DNA of 32,000 bases. Origin: Nitrosopumilus maritimus SCM1 (GTDB taxonomy: Archaea; Thermoproteota; Nitrososphaeria; Nitrososphaerales; Nitrosopumilaceae). Below the pieces are notes generated by a model that was not told the DNA's origin, ran no database searches, and saw nothing but the letters and a program-made list of their open reading frames with translations. The DNA is taken from positions 960,001 to 992,000 of the forward strand of contig NC_010085.1 of the NCBI RefSeq assembly GCF_000018465.1, written 5' to 3'. Shown piece after piece: positions 12,001-16,263 of this stretch. Each line of letters opens with the position of its first letter. Within the stretch, counting starts at the first letter, position 1. The position numbers and the translations under genes were made by a program.

Positions 12001-14847
12001 TCCTGCTCTGTTAACAATCTCTTGAATCACAGATGAAAGGTTTGGTGTTCTTTGGTCAGTTCCTGCTTCACCAGTACTATCCCATTCAACAGGAGACCAT
12101 GAAACAGATGCAGAGGTCTTTATTCTATCTGAAATGTCATAATCACTGTTGGTGAATCTATCAGAGTCATCAGTGTCTTCACCAAAGATTTCAAGATTGG
12201 TGCTCTCACTGTCAGTTTCATCTACAGTAAACTGAACATATGCATTCTGAATTATTGCACCAGAAGGAATTGTAACATCATTGAATCTAATACCAACTTC
12301 TTGCTCAAGACTACCGTCTTCTGTAAGTTCCAAGTCACTACTATCAAGATACATGTTACCATCGTCACCGCCATCATCATCGTCATCATCACCACCAGAG
12401 ACTATTGCTTCTTCAGCATCATCATCATCGTGGTTTACTCTAACTTCAATTGTTGTAGTAGCATTTGGGGTTGCAGTAACGGTACTAGATACATTACCAG
12501 TGCCTTCGCCATTAACAGCAGATACTCTGAATGTATGTTCTTGTCCATTAGTTAGTCCAGTAACTGTAGCTGTGGTGTCAGTGCTTGTTCCATCAGCAAA
12601 TGTTTCCCAACCATCACCATCATCAACTTCAATGATATAATCAGTAATTGCAGAACCGCCATCAGATGGAGCAGTCCAGGATAGTGAGACTTGTTCATTT
12701 CCTGCAGTTGCAGAGAGGTTTGTTGGGGCACTAGGTGCAGTAGCTACAAATGAATAAGTAACTACAAGGAGTGGGGCTGCACTAGAATCACCATTGTGGG
12801 ATTCAGCAGTTCTTTCACCAGTACCAGTGATTATAATTGAAAGTGAGTTATCTTCTTGCCATCCTGCTCTGTTAACAATCTCTTGAATCACAGATGAAAG
12901 GTTTGGTGTTCTTTGATCAAGTCCTGCTTCTCCAACAGTATCCCATGGAACAGGAGACCATGAAACAGATGCAGAGGTCTTTGTTCTGTCAGAAATATCA
13001 TCATCACTGTTGCTAAATCTTTCAGAGTCATCAGTATCCTCACCAAAGATTTGCAAGTCAGTGTCATCATCGTCTTCCTCATCTACTGTAAACTGAACAT
13101 ATGCATTCTGGATTATTGCGCCAGAAGGAATTGCTACATCATTAAATCTAATACCGACTTCTTGTTCATCACCACTATCTTCTGTAAGTTCCAAGTCACT
13201 GCTACCACGATCAACATCGCCATCATCAACTTCTTCTTCTGCATCATCATCATTGTGGTTTACACGAACTTCAATTGTTATAGGACCAGTTGGTGTTGCA
13301 GTAGCAGTTTCAGATGTATTACCAGTACCTTCATCATTTACAGCAGATACTCTGAATGTGTGTTCTTGTTCATTAGTTAATCCAGTAACTGTAGCTGTGG
13401 TGTCAGTACTAGTGCCGTCAGCAAATGTTTCCCAACCATCACCATCATCAACTTCAACAATATAATCAGTAATTGCAGAACCGCCATCAGAAGGAGCAGT
13501 CCAGGATAGTAAGACTTGTTGATTTCCTGCAGATGCAGTTAATTCGGTTGGTTGACCAGGAACTGTCACAGAATCTTCAGGGGTTGCGTTTGCGGCACCT
13601 GAAGGATTACTGTTACCTACAGAGTTGTGGGCTAAAACTTGGAATTCATAAGTTACACCATTAATCAAACCAGTTACTGGTAAAGATGTAGTAGTTCCAT
13701 CAGGAGTATTACCAAAATCAGTCCAAGCAGGTATTCCAGATACTCTGTATTGTACTGTATAGTAATCAATTGCAGCACCGCCATCACTATTAGGAGCTGT
13801 CCAAGATACTGTAACCTGTTCATCACCTGCAGTTGCAGAGATGTTAAGTGGCTGTCCTGGAACAGATGCTGTAGGAGTGCTTTCAAACACTACCCATAAT
13901 ACATGGCCGGTAGCGTGCCCTAGTTCAGCATCTCTAGAAGTTTCTTCGGTAAGTCTAAACTCAACACCAGTACCACTAAGGTTGTTTCGTCCAACAGTGG
14001 TAGAATCAGAACCACTGTGGTTTGTTAAAGCAAGAAATACAGGATTAGAATAAGTGTTTGAAAAGCCTACACTTTTCCAGTCGCCAGCGCCAGGATCTTC
14101 GTCGACACCCGTAGTTCGAACAGATTCTATTCCATCAAATGTACCTCTATCAATTGCAAGCCAGCCCATCACATTGTCATTACCATCACCAACAGAAGAA
14201 GCAGATATTGGTGCACTTCCATGACCTTCACCAATCTCTAAAGATGCCCTTACAGTAGTTGCAGTTGGTTGGCCACTACCAGAGTGATATCTTGCAGAAA
14301 CCCAATCTTGTGCACTATCAGTGTTTGCAGTTGCAATGAAATTAGGTGCAGAACTAAATGCAGGGGAAAAAGTTATTGTTTGAAAAACACTACCAGGGCC
14401 GCCACGTGCATCATATTGAGATACGTTAAGAGTGCCTGCTTGTAATTGTGTACCATCAGGAAGTGTGTGATTACCTTTTTCAACAACAACATAACCAACA
14501 TCACCGGCAATAGAATTACCAGTGCCATCTCCTCTATACAGTTGTACATCAAAGCTGGAGGCAGACACATTTCTAACAACAGCAGTTGCCATCTCCAATG
14601 CAGCGCCACCAGTCTCAAAACCATCTGTCGGTTGCGCAATAACTACAGGATCAGTATATGTTCCCAAGACGGATACTGTGGTCCAACCGTCTGTGGAAAT
14701 TATACCAGATTCATAAGGTAAAGGAGTTTGAGCAGATGCTTCAGGTAAAGGATCAAAAATTGGTAATGTAGCAGGATGGACGAGTAGAATTACAGCTAAG
14801 GTAAAGACTAACAGTCGACTGAGGAATACATCCCTACTATGTTTCAA
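1..14847 (-). CDS. Giant secreted multidomain fibronectin type III repeat protein, 3' end outside window (>=4949 codons)
   Basis: Reverse complement reads from TTG at 14847 (MKHSRDVFLSRLLVFTLAVILLVHPATLPIFDPLPEASAQ, signal peptide-like) and is still open at position 1 (...LGWTAS). Start and window edge are in the same frame (14847 = 3 x 4949). I translated about 6.5-14.8 kb by eye with no stop and spot-checked the rest. Repeated modules such as GDKQVDLTWTQPD...ITSYTVTVRDPSG...TTVTGLTNGVNYTFEVTATNENN are FN3-like at ~290 bp period. Confidence 0.9.
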   Translation of the reverse strand, partial: MKHSRDVFLSRLLVFTLAVILLVHPATLPIFDPLPEASAQTPLPYESGIISTDGWTTVSVLGTYTDPVVIAQPTDGFETGGAALEMATAVVRNVSASSFDVQLYRGDGTGNSIAGDVGYVVVEKGNHTLPDGTQLQAGTLNVSQYDARGGPGSVFQTITFSPAFSSAPNFIATANTDSAQDWVSARYHSGSGQPTATTVRASLEIGEGHGSAPISASSVGDGNDNVMGWLAIDRGTFDGIESVRTTGVDEDPGAGDWKSVGFSNTYSNPVFLALTNHSGSDSTTVGRNNLSGTGVEFRLTEETSRDAELGHATGHVLWVVFESTPTASVPGQPLNISATAGDEQVTVSWTAPNSDGGAAIDYYTVQYRVSGIPAWTDFGNTPDGTTTSLPVTGLINGVTYEFQVLAHNSVGNSNPSGAANATPEDSVTVPGQPTELTASAGNQQVLLSWTAPSDGGSAITDYIVEVDDGDGWETFADGTSTDTTATVTGLTNEQEHTFRVSAVNDEGTGNTSETATATPTGPITIEVRVNHNDDDAEEEVDDGDVDRGSSDLELTEDSGDEQEVGIRFNDVAIPSGAIIQNAYVQFTVDEEDDDDTDLQIFGEDTDDSERFSNSDDDISDRTKTSASVSWSPVPWDTVGEAGLDQRTPNLSSVIQEIVNRAGWQEDNSLSIIITGTGERTAESHNGDSSAAPLLVVTYSFVATAPSAPTNLSATAGNEQVSLSWTAPSDGGSAITDYIIEVDDGDGWETFADGTSTDTTATVTGLTNGQEHTFRVSAVNGEGTGNVSSTVTATPNATTTIEVRVNHDDDDAEEAIVSGGDDDDDDGGDDGNMYLDSSDLELTEDGSLEQEVGIRFNDVTIPSGAIIQNAYVQFTVDETDSESTNLEIFGEDTDDSDRFTNSDYDISDRIKTSASVSWSPVEWDSTGEAGTDQRTPNLSSVIQEIVNRAGWSSDNSLSIIITGDGERTAESHDGDSSAAPLLVVTYSFEASAPSAPTNLIATAGNTDVSLSWTAPFNGGSDITDYVVEYSSGSGWNTFADGTSTDTTATVTGLTNDQEYSFRVSAVNAEGTGPVSNIATATPIGALTITIQISQSSDDAEQIRTVDEDDDDDDGGGGGVSYSMDLDDDDLDLDEDRFVGLRFNNVGIPNGATITGAYVEFTSQDNDSGSSSVTIYGEDVDNASTFTTDSTNISSRTSTSATVSWSISDWSENEISSDTQTPSLVSIVQEIVNRGGWVSGNSLALIFEDVNSDNDRDALSYDADSSEAPRLIITYTAELGVPGAPTNLTAESGDEQVLLSWAPPASNGGSAITDYIIEYNDGNGWQTFNDGTSTDTTDVAVTGLTNGQSYDFRVSAVNTEGTGDASDIATATPAGVPDAPVIDEALGGNGQVYLTWEHPPNNGAAITDYIIEVNDGNGWEVFNDGTSTNRFVTVDNLENGETYSFRVKAVNSAGEGPFSTPVTATPSSTATAPFLHTLTPGDSEVFVDWDAPNDDGGSTISSYEIQYSTDGTFDQNTPSVTVSGNPPLTEYTVPGLTNGQTYTFRVIAINENGSSPPSNLDTATPATIPDAPVIDPAQTVTGNEFVTIAWSTPYNGGSPITHYVIQVKPAGGSWETVSSNFNDPQNILTIQNLENGVEHSFRVAAVNGVNQGPYSAIELATPGDVPAQILDLSVERGDEQVLLTWSAPNNHGFPITDYVIEVDYGDGNGFVVYNDGQSIDTTDVPVTGLENGVLHKFRVYAVNALGNATPSNEVEATPARAPDAPVITELNAGDGQIEVIWSTPDDGGESIDEYRLEWSTNDFSSILDDVTLSGNPPDTTYTVTGLTNGDTYYFRVIAINDVDESDPSDVESAIPVTVPAKPVLNTPVVGDSSLTVSWSAPNDGGSPLTGYTLSITDVTGGNTFPDVSLPANAIDYNASELTNGNTYSFTLIAINAEGSSDPSDAVTGIPIGAPGQIDDLGAESGDKQVDLTWTQPDLNGSGDITSYTIEVRDSSGTLVDTIVITGTGGNPPATSTTVTGLTNNETYSFTITATNENNLTSTPSDPVTSTPLGAPAAPGNLTPTPGDKQVDLTWTQPDLNGSGDIISYTVTVRDPSGAVVQTIVIGDDEALTTSYLVTGLTNSVNYTFEVTATNENNLTSSAATTTSTPLGAPGQIDTPTAESGDKQVDLTWTQPDLNGSGDITSYTIEVRDSSGTLVDTIVITGTGGNPPATSYTVPGLDNGETYSFTITATNENNLTSTPSDPVTSTPLGAPAAPGNLAPTPGDKQVDLTWTQPDLNNSGDITLYTITVRDPSGAVVQTIVIGDDEALATETTVTGLTNSVNYTFEVTATNENNLTSSAATTTATPRGAPEQVTGLEATPGDRQVSLEWDPADENNSGAITSYTVEVYDSSNTLVDTITVTGTGGNPPATSTTVPGLTSGETYSFTITATNGHGLTSIPSLPVTATPFGPPNPVTDLQAISGDKQVDLIWTQPVPNAGGAIETYTITVRDPSGNVVQTIVIGDDEPLATSVNIDGLNNGVEYTFEIIATNSNNLDSSAVSTTEIPFGPPGVIDTPTADAGDGEVTIDWEEPELNDSGAIETYTITVTDPSGNVVQTIIIGDDEALATSTTVTGLTNGVEYSFTITATNENNLTSTPSTPVTATPITTPNAPTNLDATALSDTEIELTWTAPPTNPQFGTLTGYQIERQAEGEADFTIIVADTQTTATTFNDLGLSSGVEYTYRVSAITTAGIGDASSPASATTFTVPAKPVLNEPVVGDSSLTVSWSKPSNGGTPITGYTLSITNLTTGIDLDDVSLSADATDYTASLLTNGNEYSFTLVAINSVGSSESSDPVTGIPLGAPAAPGNLTPTSGDKQVDLTWTQPDLNGSGDITSYTVTVRDPNGAIVDTITLTGSQGAPPATSTTVTGLTNGVNYTFEVTATNENNSTGPAATTTETPLGAPAAPGNLTPTSGDKQVDLTWTQPDLNGSGDITLYTITVRDPSGAVVQTIVIGDDEALTTSYLVTGLTNSVNYTFEVTATNENNLTSSAATTTATPRGAPLQVTGLEATPGDKQVSLEWDPADENNSGAITSYTVEVYDSSNTLVDTITVTGTGGNPPATSTTVTGLDNGETYTFEVSATNENNSTGPAATATATPYGPPAAPGNLTPTPGDKQVDLTWTQPDLNGSGDITLYTITVRDPSGAVVQTIVIGDDEALTTSYLVTGLTNSVNYTFEVTATNENNLTSSAATTTATPRGAPLQVTGLEATPGDRQASLSWNEADDNNSGDISYYTITITGSDGVPVDPVQVTAPADNTVIPGLTSGVEYEFTITATNEHGLTSTPSAPATATPFGPPNAVTGLGATPGDKQVDLEWTEPVPNAGGEIASYTITVTDPNGNVVQTITINAPADEANIDGLNNGVEYTFTITATNVNGVTGDAATITAIPATVPLPPVLDSADRGNQSVTLSWTPQFDQGSTITQYTIQYSSDNFQTTGTVVIGDDEALATSTTISGLTNGLTYQFQVIASNAFGPSDPSNIKSAKPATFPDAPTLDSADRGNQSVALSWTPGNNGGEPIDSYHVEWSEDENFASILDTATISGNPPAESYTVTGLTNGDTYYFRIISSNVIDDSAPSNVLSQTPATTPSEPLNPAAEPGPNQVEVSWTLPASDGGAEIEYYVVRYSTDGGSWTEEQTANGNTFSLVIDELTNGTPYLFEIFAHNDVGDGDISDRVTATPATAPSAPQNLVATPQTGQVLLVWEKPSSNGGATITSYTVKWTPGETFDPNNFESVTITSVDGVAPPVTTTTVTGLTNGQTYTFVVTATNSADEGPASNPATTTPANPPDAPVLVSVTSDDDQESTIVWNQPANGGSPIIDYLVEYTSTGAFNPQDTESVVITAPQNNDPITTTIDGLDNGVEYSFRVTARNLVDSGDPSNVLTGIPSTNPLPPRDLQVTDSGNAFVSLSWLTPLDDGGDDLVGYTVQYSDDNFATISTQEIIPVDGVLPTTATISGLDNGSEYKFRVIAHNEDDGDNDDTDDSSDPSNTVSATPSTVPDAPTLLEVTDHGNGFVSLSWTASVFDGGSTLNTYVVEYTDDENGVFDEPPSSVIIGDDETLDTQATVSGLDNGVEYTFRVKATNDNGSSGYSNEVTETPARAPDAPTLDSAVRGDESVTLSWTPGFDGGSDLTQYTVQYTPTGIFDPENTVSEVFDTEPLPTTVTIDSLTNGVTYTFRVFATNIEDNGPVSNTLDAKPATVPTKPLQLNAEFGNLLVILDWQLPADNGGEEIIDYIIEYRLASQIPEATWQVFDEGVGGVNTNLFVTVTGLTNGLTYEFRVSAENAVDVGPTSNVATARPATLSDAPTGLDAEAISDTEIDLEWNAPLLTGGASIDGYQIERQAEGEADFTIIVADTGSADTTYSDTGLDRGTSYTYRVAAITDAGVGDTSSTAEATTFDVPGKTEIISLTPGNAQVEVEWSEPTNGGTPITGYRIEYTTNETDANNGVFTSSVDVAASPLSATINNLNNGDTYYFRVTATNSVDFGEPSDVDSATPARAPDAPTDLVATLGDGQVTIGFTPPVEDGGSDIIDYYIEYSVDNGDNWFEFNDQTESTTPEITVTGLNNGQEYLFRAVAVNGVGPGDESVPVAETPAALSGNPTDLVATRGNTQVSLTWAAPAVTGGVPVTSYIVEYTDDANGDFGANPSSQTVTSETLPVPTNTIINGLQNGVTYTFRVIAVNTAGPSGPSNTDTAKPATVPDAPTFDDPQPSAGTVGLSWTPGNTGGEPIERYRIDYTSANSFVEGQYQSEFVTHPTTVVDIEDLENGVEYQFRISAENEVGFGDPSAPITATPVDGPSQVTGLSGQRGNGEVSLSWSEPFDGGVTIDTYVIEYSKDGFANTLTQTVTGLPPVTNAVIGNLENGVTYEFRVYAQNDIDDGPVSTTISVTPATVPTPPTNLIPTFGSTQVSLGWTAS
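5105..5992 (-). repeat. Higher-order tandem duplication inside the FN3 array (two-FN3 unit, 594 bp offset)
   Basis: About 290 bp starting at 5105 reads identically again starting at 5699. Related, less perfect copies occur around 7771 and 8390. Confidence 0.8.
11030..11600 (-). other. Non-FN3 module C in giant protein, same family as modules A and B
   Basis: LTITIQISQSSDDAEQ...VGLRFNNVGIPNGATIIGAYVEFTSQDND...LVSIVQEIVNRGGW...APRLIITYTAELG. Confidence 0.7.
11890..12470 (-). other. Non-FN3 module B in giant protein, same family as module A
   Basis: TTIEVRVNHDDDDAEEA...SSDLELTEDGSLEQEVGIRFNDVTIPSGAIIQNAYVQFTVDE...LSSVIQEIVNRAGW...APLLVVTYSF. Confidence 0.7.
12750..13285 (-). other. Non-FN3 module A in giant protein (TIEVRVNHNDDDAEE...SSDLELTED...VGIRFNDVAIPSGAIIQNAYVQFTVDE...SSVIQEIVNRAGW...APLLVVTYSF)
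   Basis: Direct translation. Resembles a widespread bacterial secreted module of the form 'SSDLEL..VGLRF..V.IP.GA.I..AY.QF..DE'. Confidence 0.7.
13880..14700 (-). other. N-terminal region of giant protein: three divergent copies of a beta-sandwich-like module
   Basis: Reads: VSVLGTYTDPVVIAQP..VVRNVSASSFDVQLYR..GDVGYVVVEKG; QTITFSPAFSAPNFIATANTD..VRASLEIGEG..NVMGWLAID; KSVGFSNTYSNPVFLALTNHSG..VGRNNLSGTGVEFRLTEE..GHATGHVLWVVFES. Confidence 0.5.
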
Positions 14848-14870
14848 GCACTTTTTGAGTCTCTTTTTGC

Positions 14871-14878
14871 TATTTAAA
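14871..14878 (-). promoter_or_regulatory. Putative archaeal TATA box (TTTAAATA) for the giant gene
   Basis: Centred ~27 nt upstream of the TTG at 14847, which suggests a leaderless or nearly leaderless transcript. Confidence 0.5.
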
Positions 14879-15057
14879 GAGAGACCGATTTTCCTAATTA
14901 TGGGATTTTCTAGATTTCACCAGCTATGGTTGAAATCTTTTACAAACCAGTCAATAAATCCCAAATTTGGGAAAATTACGCCTGTTAGGAACATCCTAAG
15001 TTCATAAAATGAAGATCAACCCAATTTCTTAATTTTTATGTCCAAAACAACTCAAAA

Positions 15058-16227
15058 TCAGATTGGGGCCAAGTTTCCGCGTACTTTGTCGCGTTTTACA
15101 AAAGCATCCTCAATTGTCTTAGCAGTTGGCTCTACAAGCCAAGTATCTTGTTCACTTTCTATTAACAATGCAACATGATTGATTTTTTGAGGAGTTGATG
15201 GGTTGTCTGAATCAAAGTAGATGAATCTTAGTTCCCAAGTTTTTCCAATATCAGAGGACTTTATCATATCTGCCATCAAAATGGCCAAATCTTCATTGTC
15301 ACCTTCACCCTTTGAGAAGGTATCAAGTGGGTGTTTGGGATCAGGTTGCATTTCATAAGATGTTAGTTCAAACTGAGACACAATCCACCACACTTCAAAG
15401 ATGAATTCACCAGGAGTAGTTACAGTATTGTATAACTCATTCATAGGTTTAGGCATTTGGCCTGTAACAAATTTAGATAAATCACGTATTTCGACAGTCT
15501 CTGCTGTACCTCCTTGACCTACACCAGCAAGAGTTATTGAAAGTGTGTCTTGAGGGGCAGGAAGTCGAACAACTTCATCTATGAAATCATCTGAAAGTTT
15601 TGAAAAAGTGTACGAGTTACCTCTAGAATCGGTAAAGTCCCAACTAATTGTTCCTTCATCCATCGCAACCTCAGGTACTTTGGAAGTTTCAACAAGAATT
15701 TCTCTTTCAAATCCAGTCAAGGATGCAAATATGGAATCTTCATCGGGGTCATCTTGTGCTTCTTCTAATTCCCGTATCTTTGCTTCTAGTGCAGCAATAC
15801 TGTCTTCTTGTTCAGGAGTAGGTTGTACAGTGGCGGCAGGTTGTGATTTGAATTCTTCAATTTGTGCTTCGAGTTTCGTTATTTCTTGCTGTAATAGTTC
15901 TGTTTTTTCGTCAGATGAAGATCGAATATCTTCAATCACAGACACTTGGTTCTCAAGGGCACTAATCTTTTCAGCAAGGTCAGCTCTTTGTTGTTCTGCT
16001 TGGATAATTTGCTCTGCTGTTTGCTCCACACGATCTTTTAGTTCTTCATTTTCTTGTAAAACCGCAGTACTCTTTTCTAAAACAATCTCAGATACGTCAC
16101 CTCCAAGTGGAACTACAGAATATGTTGGTAGAAATTTAGTTTCAATTGATTCATCATTAAGATAACTTACTGATATAACACCAATTACAATAGGTACTAT
16201 TGCCAAAAGTAAGATCTTGCTGCTCAT
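15058..16227 (-). CDS. Membrane-anchored coiled-coil protein with C-terminal transglutaminase-like domain, probably non-catalytic
   Basis: 389 aa. N-terminal hydrophobic anchor MSSKILLLAIVPIVIGVISVSYL, long E/Q-rich coiled coil, then FSKGEGDNEDLAILMADMI...NHVALLIE...WLVEPTA, which matches the GDCED/H/D layout of transglutaminase-like folds but has N in place of C. Confidence 0.7.
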   Translation of the reverse strand: MSSKILLLAIVPIVIGVISVSYLNDESIETKFLPTYSVVPLGGDVSEIVLEKSTAVLQENEELKDRVEQTAEQIIQAEQQRADLAEKISALENQVSVIEDIRSSSDEKTELLQQEITKLEAQIEEFKSQPAATVQPTPEQEDSIAALEAKIRELEEAQDDPDEDSIFASLTGFEREILVETSKVPEVAMDEGTISWDFTDSRGNSYTFSKLSDDFIDEVVRLPAPQDTLSITLAGVGQGGTAETVEIRDLSKFVTGQMPKPMNELYNTVTTPGEFIFEVWWIVSQFELTSYEMQPDPKHPLDTFSKGEGDNEDLAILMADMIKSSDIGKTWELRFIYFDSDNPSTPQKINHVALLIESEQDTWLVEPTAKTIEDAFVKRDKVRGNLAPI

Positions 16228-16263
16228 TTAGTTCAATTTCTCATTAAACGCTAATAACAATAA

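Noticed and set aside
1622-14721. Many short ORFs listed by the track in the first 14.7 kb (mostly plus strand, some minus off-frame)
   Set aside because: They are antisense or off-frame shadows of the giant FN3 reading frame, with low-complexity compositions and no family similarity.
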